Shown: positions 35,510 to 48,091, counted from the stretch's first letter. The stretch is DNA of 64,000 nucleotides from Phyllosticta citribraziliensis (GCF_038025025.1 NW_027117338.1:1240001-1304000); one strand, 5' to 3'. Program-made: numbers and translations. Notes: generated by a model not told the origin, from the sequence alone.

Positions 35510-36193
35510 ATGTCAGCCCCAGCGCCTACTGCACGCGCCCCACAAGACGAAACACGCGCTCTCGACTTGCTCGCCCAGCGTCTGCAGCATCTCAATGGCG
35601 CCATCGAGGTCCTCAAGAATGCTCAGCTTCAACACTCGTGGGACGTCCAGCCGCCGCCCTGGCAGACTATTTCGCACCAGTCCAACATCATAAATGGCCG
35701 TCTGCTGGCTCTCCTCGCAGTCTTTGAAGACAACAAGGACCTGCTGAATCGCGCCCATGCCTATCCGCTTCCTACATTTCCCGGCAGGTCGCATGAGATC
35801 ATGGCCACACAGTTGACTCGGAAGAAACTCGAGCCGTGGGTCGAAGACTGGATTGCCGACGGAATCAAGCATGCTGCCGGTCCGGATGGAGATGTCAACG
35901 AGAATGCAAAGCTTCCAGGAGACGGCGGTCTCACAGGTGACCAGATTGAACAACTTTGGGACTGGGCAGGGCCCGCTGGTGGAAATATCGGAAGAGAAAT
36001 CATGACGGCCGAGGATGACGATGAAGATGATGAAGACGACGAAGACGACGAAGAGGAAGAAGTCGAAGGTGTCATGGACGGTGTAGAAGGCTCAGGCTCA
36101 GCCAACAAGGGAGAAGCGGTTGCTCCTGCGCAACCAATGATGAAACTGGACAACATTCTCAAATTTGTGAGCGCGGGAGCGTTGCCAGCATGA
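35510..36193 (+). CDS. MED8: Mediator of RNA polymerase II transcription subunit 8
   Basis: RALDLLAQRL..., PPPWQTI and HAYPLPTFPGRSHE...LTRKKLEPWVEDWI motifs, acidic stretch, and C-terminal MKLDNILKFVSAG. Confidence 0.85.
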   Translation: MSAPAPTARAPQDETRALDLLAQRLQHLNGAIEVLKNAQLQHSWDVQPPPWQTISHQSNIINGRLLALLAVFEDNKDLLNRAHAYPLPTFPGRSHEIMATQLTRKKLEPWVEDWIADGIKHAAGPDGDVNENAKLPGDGGLTGDQIEQLWDWAGPAGGNIGREIMTAEDDDEDDEDDEDDEEEEVEGVMDGVEGSGSANKGEAVAPAQPMMKLDNILKFVSAGALPA

Positions 36194-36496
36194 TTGCCCA
36201 GAGTTCGCAAAGTTTGGCATTTCTTCATGGAGTTTGGTTTCGGCGTCAAGGAAGGCTTTTGACCAGCCCATGATACCCAGGACCAGCGTCGGAGACAATG
36301 GGAGTTTTGGCTTTAGATCAAATGAGATATCAGAGAACAAGTGGTGCGGGTTGAGCACATTCATGGCGACATTACTCTGGCTGCATGTGTGACGTGAGCA
36401 ATACGACCAGAGGGAAGACCTCTAGTTTCTAACCCACCAGAAGGACTATTATGAGCACCAAAACACCAGCGCCATGCCTCGTCCTTCCTCTCCAGC

Positions 36497-37546
36497 TCAG
36501 TCCCAACCTCCCCACAATCTCTTCACTCGATCTCCAAGAGTCTCTTGTCCAGCTTCTCGTCTGGCCAACATGTTTGCCTTTCCCTTTTCAATCAGCGCAA
36601 CAGAGTTATTGGCAATCTCCTGACGCTGCGCGACTTCGGCTTGGATAGCCCTGAATTCAAGCTCTCTGTCCAAACCAACGCGGTTCTTGAGTCGCGCCTG
36701 AATATCGGCCTTGAGTGATTCGGATATGGGCATGGCCTCGATCTCCTTCCTTTCGACTTCTCTCCTCTGCTCCTCCATCCTTTTCCGATCAGCCTCCTTC
36801 TCCTGCTTCTGCTCCTCCATCTTCTTCTTCACAATCGCCGCGTGCTGCCTCTGGGCATCAGCGTTCAAAGCGCGCGCCTTGGTATCGGCAGCCTCCTTGG
36901 TCGCTGCAACATTCTCCCTGCTCAACACGCTTTCAAACTCGGGCGGCTGCTCGCCCTTGGCTTTTGCCTCCTTGATCAACCGCTCCTGCTCCAGCATCTG
37001 GTGAAAGAGGCGATCGGCGTGCATCTGGACCTTCTCCTCGGTCTCGGGATCGCGCCCCGCGACGCCCAGATAGCCCAATGCCTTGAGGAACTGCGTCTGC
37101 ATCGTCCAACAGCGGTTGAAGGCCTTGTTCTCCTTCCTGCACATCATCATGCGGTCCATCCAGGTGCCGCTCTTGTAACAGTCACTAATGGCTTGGTCCT
37201 CCATCGAACAATTCTCCATGGCCGCCTTTTTGACTGCCGACACCTGGTCCTTGAGCGTCGCAGACATTTCGCTCATTTGTTCCCGCTCCGTCGAAAAGCG
37301 TGCTTCCACTTCTGTGATCGGTGTGTAAGTCTTCCAGAGATGTGCGAAGCGGCCATCTTGGTATAGCGATTCGCGTGGGACTTGAGATTCGGCGGTTTGC
37401 GGGGTCAGCTCAGGCGCTTTTGGAGGAGGTTTGGCGACTGCTGGAGGACCAGCTCGAAAGTGTGATAGCTCCTTGTCGAGGAAGTCCTTGAGTTGAGGGT
37501 CGAGGTTTTTGGAGGGATCGTCGGACGAGCCCGAGAACCAGCCCAT
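36497..37546 (-). CDS. Conserved-looking fungal protein with twin CX9C motif and coiled-coil C-terminus
   Basis: Intronless 349-aa ORF with strong codon bias. C-SMEDQAISD-C ... C-RKENKAFNR-C, followed by MQTQFLKALGY. Confidence 0.8.
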   Translation of the reverse strand: MGWFSGSSDDPSKNLDPQLKDFLDKELSHFRAGPPAVAKPPPKAPELTPQTAESQVPRESLYQDGRFAHLWKTYTPITEVEARFSTEREQMSEMSATLKDQVSAVKKAAMENCSMEDQAISDCYKSGTWMDRMMMCRKENKAFNRCWTMQTQFLKALGYLGVAGRDPETEEKVQMHADRLFHQMLEQERLIKEAKAKGEQPPEFESVLSRENVAATKEAADTKARALNADAQRQHAAIVKKKMEEQKQEKEADRKRMEEQRREVERKEIEAMPISESLKADIQARLKNRVGLDRELEFRAIQAEVAQRQEIANNSVALIEKGKANMLARREAGQETLGDRVKRLWGGWD

Positions 37547-37891
37547 TGGAACGATTTGAGCGATGGAGCTTGGGAAGGTGGGTTTGGAGAGGTTGGTCTT
37601 GGCAAGGGCGAGGGTCGGTTGAGAAAGGACAATTATTTACAGCTTCAGGTGTCGAAGCAAGAGTGGCATCGCATTCTGGTCGCGCAACGTCGGCGCGTCG
37701 GACGTTGCGGGGCGCGGCCTCCGCAGTCGAACGCGGGAAGCATCAAAGCTCTCTCCCCGCAATGAAAGCTTCTTACTCCACGACATTGCACCGTCTGCTA
37801 TTGGATTTTCTCGACGTCATACCAGACGGAGTACATCCACGACTATCTACAGCATTTACATGGCCACAACTTGTCGGAATGCCTCGACATC

Positions 37892-38906
37892 TCACATCAA
37901 CCTCGTCGAGCCATCGGCACGCTCAAAGTAGCTAATCGCACCGACTGAGGTCGCGCAGCTCGTAGTGCTCCCCGAGGCATTCACCGGCACCGAGTGTCCA
38001 TCCTGCGGCCGCCCATACACATGCGAATAATACCACACTTCAGACAACGCCGTCCGCCCATTATCCGTCGTTCCACTGCCAGCCTCGGTCTCATTGTACC
38101 TCGAACCAGAACACCCGACATACGGCACGGCGCCGTACTGCTCCGCCAACACGCCTTGGATATCAGAGATGGAGTAGGACACATCGGTGGCATTAGATGG
38201 CGTGATGCCAGCGTCGGCGAGCCACTCCCAGGTCGGAAGTCGCCTGAAATATAGAACGGCGGCCTCGAAAAAGTCAAGTACGTCCACGTGTGGCGTGTTG
38301 TTGTACTGAGGACCGTAGCATGGCGTATCAAACGTCGAGTAGCAAGTGCCGTGCTTGGAGAATTCGTGGCCCCAGAAGTCGGCGTTTGGCTGGCCTTGGG
38401 CAATCCAGTACGTGTTCATCCATTCGAGCAGGTCGTACTTGCCAAAGGGCTCGAGAAACGTGCCGATGTTGGGGCCCGTGTATGGTGGTATCTCGGTGCC
38501 GTCGTCAGTGGTGGCGGGCGACGGGTCTGGGTCATATTGCCTCGAGAGGTCGCAGTAGCCCGTGTATGAGCCGTTGCAGAAGTCGGGCCACAGGCCGTGC
38601 AGCGTCCAGCTGTCTTTTGGAAGCAATTGGCCCTGGTCTTCGAGCCCGGTGTAGGTGTCCCAGAACTGCGTGCTCAAAACAAGTCCGCCGTATGTCTCGA
38701 CGCAGCAAGTGTCGACTTGAGTCGGATCTGCGCCGGAGGAGCACGACAAGATGTTCGGACCTTCGAACTGTTAGCCGTAAACCTTGGAAACTGGATTGTA
38801 GCATACTCAAGACACAGCTGTGGTTTAGAGTGCTTTCGCCATAGAGCGACGCCTGTGCCTCAGAGAAGAGCAAGGCGCTCGTTGATATGAACCACAGGAC
38901 CTGCAT
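37892..38906 (-). CDS. Secreted ribonuclease T2
   Basis: Signal peptide MQVLWFISTSALLFSEAQA; CAS I WTLHGLWP and CAS II FWGHEFSKHGTC. Intron 38761-38806; alternative ATG at 38921. Confidence 0.94.
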
Positions 38907-39446
38907 TCTGACTTGATGCATGTTCACGATACAGGATTATGCGTGTCAATTGGACCACGAGTCTTTTATCACCAACATTTTGCGTGCCGCATGCCGTGGT
39001 ATCTGTGTGGAACCAGATAGCCCGCTGCTCGTGCTAGAATGATTGGCGGGCTTTGCACGCGAGTTCATCGCCGCGTCGGCCCAAGTCCTCGTATTGAGCA
39101 GTGATGCCGACACTTGAGTTGGTCGAGATTCAGGGGTTGCCCGTGGGAGTTGGACAGGTGTAGCCGAGGGAGTGTGGAAACAGTTACAACTTTGGAAGGT
39201 GGTAATGGTGTTGTGCATAGCAAGGCTCAGAACTATCAGCTGGAGAATGGACACTCCTTTGGGAATGCTACGCGAGATCATGCTGATCCTCTCCCATGGC
39301 CGTTCTCTGTTGCCATGGATTTCGTCCACGAAATCGAGTTTTCTACAGCACCCAGGGGCATGCCACTTCCTCTGACGCCAGACTATCAACTTCTAGGGGG
39401 CCAAAATGTATAGCAATCGGGCCAAAAGAGTCCTGAGAGGCAAAAG

Positions 39447-39527
39447 TACGAGATGGCGGGATCGAACCACCGACCTTCAGTGTTAAGTTTTGTAAGACTG
39501 ACGTGATAACCACTACACTAATCTCGC
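39447..39527 (-). tRNA. tRNA-Val(TAC) with 8-nt intron
   Basis: Acceptor stem GCGAGAT/ATCTCGT, D arm GTG-TAGTGGTTAT-CAC, anticodon stem TCAGT/ACTGA with CT-TAC-A plus AAACTTAA insert, T-loop GGTTCGATCC, and TTTT terminator just downstream. Confidence 0.93.
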
Positions 39528-39927
39528 AATTGAAAAAGAATGGAGAGCAAGTCAAGATATAAATTCAGTTTGCATCACGTGATGATTGTTTCTCTGTTCC
39601 GTTCTTCTTTCAGCCCTTCGCGCCATCTCTCCTAGCATCCTCATCTACTCTGAGCCCTAGTCATGATGCACTCCATTCATTCAGCAATCAAGGAGGTGTC
39701 AGATGTTACAGCAAGTTCTCCAAAGCCATTCCATTCGTCCGACCAGACCGAGTGTTCTCGCGCCACCGTCGGCGGAAAGACTCGGGCCGTACATCGACGC
39801 TACAAGAGCAGCCGAAGCTGAAAACCGACAGACTCCGCAAAGCGCAGAGCACCCCAAACCCCGGAGCATTCACTCGCAATGAAAGCGAACGCAATTTCGA
39901 CTTCGTGCTCCTTGCCGGCCCCGCCAC

Positions 39928-40417
39928 TTAATTCTGTCCTTGTACAATGAGATCCAAAGGTTTCTTGGGATCCTTGATCTGGTCGTAGCATTCCGGCTTG
40001 TAGAACAGGTGGTCGCCGCGCACGTCTCGGTTGATGTTGGAATCAAACTTCGTACTCGAAATACCGCATTGGGCGAACTTTAGACTCCACAAAACGGAGC
40101 CGCAGCCGTCTGGTCCAAGCTGCTTTTTGCAATTCGCGATGCAGTCGAGAATGTCGTATCTGAAGGGCAGTTTGCGGTCTTTGACTTCCAAGGGCGTATC
40201 TTTGGTAAACTGCGAATGGCCGTCAGCGCTGAATTGTTCTCGTAGAAGGGAATGCCAAACGTACCGCGTTGAACTCGCCAGGCTTTTGGAATCCGACGAT
40301 TCCGCAGTCACCCTTGACTTCCGCACCGCTCGTTTTGTCAAGCGTCGCGACGTTCTGTCCGGCAACGAGCGCGACAAGAGACACCAGGAGAGAAATGAAG
40401 ATTGAAATTCTCATCAT
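39928..40417 (-). CDS. Small secreted 6-Cys protein, PAN/apple-like spacing (effector candidate 1, 144 aa)
   Basis: Signal peptide MMRISIFISLLVSLVALVAG; phase-0 intron 40210-40264 (GTACGT...GCTGAC...CAG); TATAAAG upstream near 40494-40500. Confidence 0.85.
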
Positions 40418-40914
40418 CGTGATTCACAGACGCTCCAGCAGCTTGAGAAGATGGAGTTTGGAGATGCAAGTCACCCTTTTGGTCTGATGTTGACTTTATA
40501 CTCCCGGTTCGTATTACTCCACATTCAAATTTGGGTAGCATATGCCCTGCTTAACAACACTCTTAGGCTTTCTCATTCTTGCAAAATGGTCAAGCTTGGT
40601 TTCTGATTGGTCCGGATGCAGGCCAAGATCGAATACGCGCCTCGCGGCTGTGAACCTTGTTTCCAACCGCGCGAAATTAGCTTGTTTGGCTAAATTCACA
40701 TTTCACGGCCTTTGTCCCAAACACCAAAGGCCATGGTTGTCAAGACTCGACAACTCGACCAACTGCCCGACGACTTCGCATTGAAAAGGCATTGTCTATT
40801 CGCAAACTTGTTGATGACCGCCAAAACCAGCCGTCAACTAACATTCCGTCTGGCAATATCTGCCCACCACCGTCCTATCCAGACGCAACTCCAGACAGGA
40901 TTATCCTTTTCCAC

Positions 40915-41384
40915 TTATTTGAAGCAGTGTGGGTCGTAGAACTTGTAGTCGCCATTGTTCGCATCCGGATTGACAGAATTGGGACCTGGTGCGTAGCTGG
41001 AAAAGCCGCATAGGTTTCCTAGGGTTCTGCCAGCGAGATCACAAATGATCATCTTGCAATCCTTGCCCAGACCCTTCCTGCACCCGCTGACAGCTTGAGC
41101 AATATCGTCCTTGGTAATTTTGGCGCGGTCCTTCGGCTTGAGCTTTTGTTCGTGTGGCTACATGTCTTTTCGTCAGCGTCAAAGTCCCTGATCAAAGGGG
41201 GTTTCCGTTGACGCACGCTTCCTTTACCCCAGATGGGAACCTTGGAAAACCCAATGACACCTTTGCAGTAGTCGGAATTGCCGCCTTCCTTCTTCAACGA
41301 CGCTCCGAAATCTTCGGGAATGGCGACACCGGACACGAGCGTGACGACCAGCGCGAGAAGAGTAAAGAGGATTGTGTTTCGCAT
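40915..41384 (-). CDS. Small secreted 6-Cys protein, paralog of 39928-40417 (effector candidate 2, 136 aa)
   Basis: Signal peptide MRNTILFTLLALVVTLVSG; phase-0 intron 41158-41216 (GTGCGT...GCTGAC...TAG). Exon 2 is PHEQKLKPKDR...CRKGLGKDC...CGFSS...GDYKFYDPHCFK*. Confidence 0.85.
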
Positions 41385-42887
41385 GACTGTCGCGTGGTAA
41401 CGTGAACAATTTGACAACGAGGAATGGTGATCAGCAGTTCATTGTTTGTCAATACAGGACGACATGGGCTCTTATAGACTTCCAAGAATCCGCCGCACCA
41501 CAGGGCAATGCGCGTAGGGTTGCCCGTTTGTTCCACAAACTAAGCGCCATCAACGGATTACGCATCTCAGCCTGGTTTCTATCCCGAGACTATTCGCAGT
41601 TCCCGACTGGAGGAGCAACTAGTCGAGTAAAGTTAATGCAAGCAAGTAATGCGGGGGAGCAATCTCGTACAGTGATCGTAGACTCCGTACTAAACGCCCA
41701 GATGTCCAAAAACCTTAAGAGGTTGCTTCGGTGGTGTTGAAGAGCTAATTCCGGGTTCCCGGTTGCGGCGGCGCGGTTAGGCTGGGCAGGGCTCAATATT
41801 GGCCTGAATCCCGTTCGATAGGGACAAGGCACAACTAGTACACTTGCCTGTATTCTGGTAGAGTTGCCGATTTCGACTTCAGCTCTAGTATCAATCTGAA
41901 ATAGTACGGGTAGGTTGCGCAGTGGCATCTGTGCACATATCAGCCGAATACCTAGGTACCATGTAGCCTGTGAAGTGGTCTCGAGAACAAGTATGCTTCT
42001 GCAGGGCTGCTTTTCGCGCTTCCGTACTGATTGTGGCGGTGCGTGGGCGGAGGCTCGTTGCGGAAATGATGCTGCTCTCAAAATCCTCCTGAATTGACCA
42101 AAACGCCTTGTGGTGATCCAAGATCCCCAATATTCACTTTTTGGTCGAATGAGTACCTGTCCAAATGTGCGAAAGCGAATCCGAAGACGATAGACTGCTC
42201 GTACCAGTGGCGATACGCAGATGGCAGTTGTTGACAAATCAAAAACACATACGAAGCTTTCCAGGCTCTGAAACAAAAAGCTTCGCTTTCAGAAATTACA
42301 CTGCACGAAAGAGCGCATTTGACTCCAGAGCACAAACTGTCAAGTCGGAGGTGGTATCGCGGAAAACTGTGGCTCAAAGCAGCTGAGCTGCCAAAAGAGT
42401 CTGACGAGTTCATCCATTTCACTGAACCAATTTTCGCGCAAAAACTTCTCTTCTCTACAGCTATCGGTATTTGAACCTTTCGCGCACGGTCCGTTGAGTC
42501 GCCCTTTCTGCAAGGAACCAACAGCAAGTCGCAAACTCTGTGACCCATCGAAGTTTTCACTGTAGATCCGTCCTTGCTTTATCGACAGCCGTGCAGTAAG
42601 GCGGAGCAACTCAATCCATTGTTGCGAATTTCGGGCGGATTTCCTCCACCGAGAACCCTTCTTTTGGGCCGTGGTATTACTTCCCAATTGGTTACCAAAC
42701 TCCAGCACAAAGGATGCGAAGCTCTGCTTTAGTCATAGGCTTCTTCTTCATTTTCTTCTGTAACTCCCTGCAAGTAACGAATGTCACAGTATCTCAGGGC
42801 CGTACGGGGATACGGGTTCAGAGTCCAAGGCTCTGCCACAAAAGTCGTGGCACACACAACAAGAGCAGAGAATCGGTTTCGCCTACT

Positions 42888-42965
42888 AGGGAGTATTCAT
42901 GTACTGTAACTGCAACTGATGGAGAGCATTCATACGCTGTTACTGTAGCTTACAGGGAGCATTCA
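42888..42965. repeat. Imperfect 33-bp tandem repeat, about 2.4 copies
   Basis: GAG(T/C)ATTCA recurs at 42891, 42924 and 42957 with similar intervening sequence. Confidence 0.6.
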
Positions 42966-43547
42966 AGCATTCAAACATCGAGTGTAGTGATTAGGGGTTG
43001 TGTGTGCCACGGCTTTTGCTACCAAGTCTAAGGTACGTCGTAGCAGCCACTACCATGGGGCGCTCGACTTCGCATCGCTAACCAGACTAGGAAGGAAAAG
43101 CGCGCTCCGCGGCAGTTTGGTATTTCGTCCACCTTGTACATACATCTCTTTCAGGTACTTTGACACAAGGAAATGCACCCACATTGCTCCAAATCATGGA
43201 GGTAGACATTCAGTTGATCTGTAACGCATAGAAGAATATATACATACACAAAGGGTAACTATTTAGCTAAGCTAGCTTTTCCGCCTTACCGTCCCGTCTT
43301 CTGTGTATTATAACCCGTCAGAGTTGCGTCTCCTTTCAATGTCCCGGTCAAGGTACCAATACTTGAGCGTGCCCATCCACCGTTCAGACACACATGTCCC
43401 GTCTATTGACGCTCCAATCAAAGCGGTCGCTAAAAGATCTTCGAACCCAGGCAGACATGCACGCTGTTGCAATTTAGCCTTGGTTTTAAACCACAACTCT
43501 ATCTATCGTAGCAGCTGCACAGATGCACATAGCAACCTTCCAACCTT

Positions 43548-46500
43548 TTACCGCCTCTCAATGAGCAACACGTGCATACTGGCGTAGGCCAGGACGACGA
43601 AGACGGCGCCGAAGATGGCAAGACCGATGGCGTCGCGCCACAGAGCCATGACGTCGAAGCCAAAACTGCTGAGGATGGCGGAGCCGGGAACTTCTATGTC
43701 AAGACCGTACTTGTGGTCAACGAGCGACAGGTATTTGACTTCGTTGACGATAAGACCTTCGAAACCGTAGTGGAAAATGGAGAGCTGGGACAGGAAGTGT
43801 CAGTAGAATGATATGGATGAAAGATTGATGAAAAACGTACCGACTGCAGCCACAGTGCCGCCTTGGGAATGGTTTCGTGGTTCAAGAGGAAGCCGCCAAA
43901 TAGAAGACTGAATAGCATCACCAAGGTGGCGATCAGGTTGGCGACACCCTGGTTCCTGAAGACGATGCCAATAAAGAGACAGATGTTTGCGGCGGCCAGG
44001 TTGAACAGGACGAGGAAAAGCATGAACTTCCAGAATTCGGCCGCGTCGGGGATGAGGCCTGTCATTGGGTAGACGATCGCGCCCATGATGATTGGAGGAA
44101 TCAGGCGAAGTGGCACGATGTCGAAGAGGACCTTGGCGGCAAAGTATGAAATTGGCGAGTAGTAGCCCTTGGCACGCTCGCGCATGAAGATGAGGCGTTC
44201 CGGGGCAAATACGGTCAAGCCGGTGAGCGTGCTGAAGCCAAAAAGGGCGAGCAAGAAGAAGAAAAGCCCCAGTCTGTTCTGGAACCCCTTGATGTCATCC
44301 GTAAGTCCGTAGAACAAGAAGCCGATGAGGACGGCAAGGAGAATTGCAATGGCATAATGGGTAAGCATGAGCATCGGGTTGCGGTACAAGTTCCTCCATG
44401 TACGGCGCGACAGAATGAGGAATTGGCGAATCCAGCCAACCTTTCGGTAGCCTTTGACTTTCCCGCTGTACGCTGTTCCGTTGGGCATACGCGCATCGGC
44501 GTGTCCGTTAGCGGCGCTAGCATTGGTGATGGCCGCGTAAATGTCCTCGCGCAGAGATTCGGAGACCTCAGATTGACTGTAGTTGGCTACCAAGGCATCA
44601 AGATCAGTACCAGTGATGCCCTCAGCAGCTGGAGGAAGGTAATCTGGGTCCTCCATAATTTGCGGTGGAGGGTTGCCCAGTTGTCTCTGCAGGCGAATGT
44701 GATCAGGCGCGCTTTCAGGAAGGGACTGCTCGTCGTCGGTCTTGGGAGTTTGAGGCCGCGTGCTCTCATAGCCACTCTTTTTGCGAGTAAAGAGCTGGCG
44801 GTCCTGCAGCGCTTTGATCGACGTCTTTCTCTTGCCCTTGGGGCGGACACTGGACTCCCCTGGACTTCCAGGCGTGTCGAGACTCGCGTTCGAGATGCTC
44901 GGAATGGACTTGACTCCGATGGCACTGCTTGCCCGAGTGGGAGCATCATCCTGGTCAGCGAAAAGGGAGCTGTTTTCGTCAATGGGCCGGCGCGGAGTCG
45001 CCGCGTGCATGGTAAGGTCGACAAGATAGTCCGCGATGTTGAAACCCGGGGGACACGTGTATCCAATGGTATCAAAGTAGGACTGGCAACTAGAGAATGG
45101 CCCAGAGTAGACGGTCCTACCTCTGGCTAGCAGAATGAGCTGGTCAAACAGCGCGACAATGTTGGATCGAGGCTGGTGAATGGTGAAGACCACGGTTCTG
45201 TTGTAATTCTTGACCAGGTTGACCAAGCACTCGATGACGTTGAAGGCGTTGAAAGAGTCCAGGCCACTCGTGGGCTCGTCGAGGAAGAGGATACTTGGGC
45301 TGGTCACGAGCTCACAGGCAATTCCGACTCTTCTCTTCTCGCCACCAGAGATACCACGACCGCTTCCTTCCTCGGATCCTATGATTTGATGGCGAATATG
45401 AAAAATGCCAAGCTGTTTCTCGACGTCTTCCACGCGCTGTTCCTTGGCCGCTGTGCTCATTTCCTTGGGCAGGCGAAGAAGGGCAGAGTCCAGAATAGTC
45501 TCATGGACGGTCAAGGTCGGGATCAGGGTGTCCTCCTGATCTACAAATCCGATGACGCTCCTGAAATCTTCGTCGGGGACCTTTTCTCCATTGACGTAAA
45601 TGTCGCCCGAGACGGTGCCGCGTTTGTTCTTGCGGGCGAGTATGTCCAAAAAGGTCGTCTTTCCAGCTCCAGAAGCACCCATGATGGCCATCAATTCGCC
45701 CGGATGTACTGATCCTTGGATGTTGCTCAGAATCTGCTTTCCGTTGAGGTTGTAAGAAACGTTTTCGAAAAAGAGAGCGGAAGGTCTGTGGTCGGCTATG
45801 AGTTTAGCAGCCTCATCATCTTCGTCCTCGGAAAGATGAATCGGGCCCCAGCGGCGTTGACGACTCCTCCTGGCCAAGTACCAGACGATGAGGATCACCA
45901 ATACTATGAAAAGCGCACACCCGGCAATGACTCCGGCAATCAGTGGGGTATTGATGGCCTTTACAGGTCGGGTGTAACCAGGGACATCGGTCCTGTACAG
46001 ACATTCTCCGGAGTGACAGTCCAAGAAGATGCTTTCGTCGCCAAAGACGCTCGAGATGAGGTTGTTCATGGCGGGCTCAGAGAACTTGCTACCATCTTCA
46101 CTGCTTCCACCGTCAGTGGAAACGGACGTGAATGACGCCGGGCCCTGAATCTCCTCCTTCAAGAAGTCGCCAATGTCGATGGAACCCTCTTCTCCGCAAA
46201 GCATGCGCCCAGGGATACACCGACACTTGATGTTCTCGCATCTGTACTTGGTTGTATTCTTGTCCGGTTCGGCGGTTGCGGAAAAGGCGCAATCGTCCAG
46301 AGCGCAGTAGAAGGATTCCTTTTGATCAACCCAGACTGTCCGTTGTCAGCAGTCGTGCCCCACTTTTGAATGGTCTACTCACACTGAAAGTTGCACTCTT
46401 CCGTTTCGGCATTGCAAGAAAAGGTTGCTTGTGGCTTCTGCTCTTTGAGCTGATCCAGAATCTTCCTGTTGGTAATGTCGCACATTTGGAAGTTCTGTTT

Positions 46501-46944
46501 GACCACAAGGCCCTCTCGATAGCAGACACCATCGACGCCCTCTGGCATCAGCGCATTGCAAGCCAAGTCGTCCTTGCACACATTGCAGTTTATGCCCTCC
46601 CAGCCGTCTCTGCAATCGCAATACTTGTCTGTCCGCGGCGCCCTATTGCCGCCGTCTGCTAGAGAGCCACAAACTGGCGAAGCGCAGTCCTCGCCACCGA
46701 AGCCCGGAGGGCAGACACACTTGCCATTGCTCTTGCTGCAGTTGGCGAACTGGTGGCACTGGAAATCTTCCAGATTGCAGTTGAAGCATGGAGGGCAGCC
46801 GTCTGGACGGTCGTCGCGGTAGATGGCGAAGGGATCTTGCAGCAGGTCGGCGCTGGTGTAGTTGCTAAAGGTCTTTTGCGAGGCGGAGAAGCTTGAGAAG
46901 GCCGCGACTGCCAGCAACGGCGCTGACCAGGCTGGTGGCCGCAT
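43548..46944 (-). CDS. ADP1: ABCG half-transporter with N-terminal EGF-like Cys-rich luminal domain (Adp1 type)
   Basis: Signal peptide, [22 protein letters not shown]-like repeats, Walker [10 protein letters not shown], signature ISGGEKRRV, Walker [13 protein letters not shown], and a C-terminal TMD. Introns 46336-46382 and 43785-43840; ends LLIERR*. Confidence 0.95.
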
Positions 46945-48091
46945 GATGGGATTGTTTGGCGCGAAGGCCAGACGCGCGGCGGCGAAAGAACGAGTTTCGA
47001 TGGACAGCCGGGGCAGCCTGGAGCTCGTGTGACAGGACAAGGTCCAGCAGTCCGGGAGTCGCAAAGCTCCAAACAACGGCGCGAGGGGTGTGGACGGTCG
47101 CGCAGCTGTGAGGCGTACTGTCGAGACACGAGATGGAAGCCGAAAGCCAACGGGGCGGTGAAAGGCGTGCTTCGGACCTGGTCAGGTCGTGTTGTGTGAC
47201 GACGTTGTGGAGACGCATGGAGCAGACCTGAGGTCCGTCCGGTCTCTTGCGGGGACGGCACTCCTCCGCCCGGCTTCGGTTGGTGCATCGGTCAGATGCT
47301 GCTGACAGCGGACAGCCTCGATGCGCGACACAGGACAACTTGGCCATCCACGCTGCGCGGCTCCATGCAACATTGCAGACCCTGCACCGGCGCATACGCA
47401 TACATTCGCAGCAGCAGCTCCATGCCGAAAATCAGTCCCTCGTCTTCGAAGCGAACGCGGGGGAGCCTCTGCCGCCAATCGGCCTTACCGTCATGCGCTG
47501 TCTGCAGGTTGAAAATCACCCCGCTTGCTTTATCAATTGTTCCCACTCATCTGGAAAGGGTCTCAGGCTTCAGAAACCAAGGTTGACAAGATACATGTAT
47601 CCAGGGGCAGCGAGTCGTGCGAGAGGCTGAAGAAACCACGCTCTCTCGACCAAGCACATCGGCTGAAGGCACGTAGCCAGCAATGGTTTTGGCTCTGGGA
47701 CAATTGAGAGTAGACAAGTGCTCAGCATTAGAACCTTCTTCGGAGCAACCGAATTAAATCACAAGACGCCGATTCTGATAATTGCCTGCACATCCCCGTT
47801 GACTGTGAACACCCAGTGAGCCCCCACAGCGCTCAGCCAGAACCAGACAATATGTGTCAAGTGCACTACAGCGGACAGAACCGGCGATTCTCTTTGGCGA
47901 AAAGCTACCCCTCAAAAACCGCTTGCGAGCTTCATGTTGCCCTGGCTTGAGCCACAGTATGTGTGGCGGAGAAGTGGGGCTGGGGCTGACGCAAGGTGCT
48001 CATGCCGTGCTCACATCAGTGCGCAAGCTCCCGTCGTGAATAGCAGAGCCCAACCCAGCTCCAAACACTCCTAGCCGACCTACAGTTAGCC

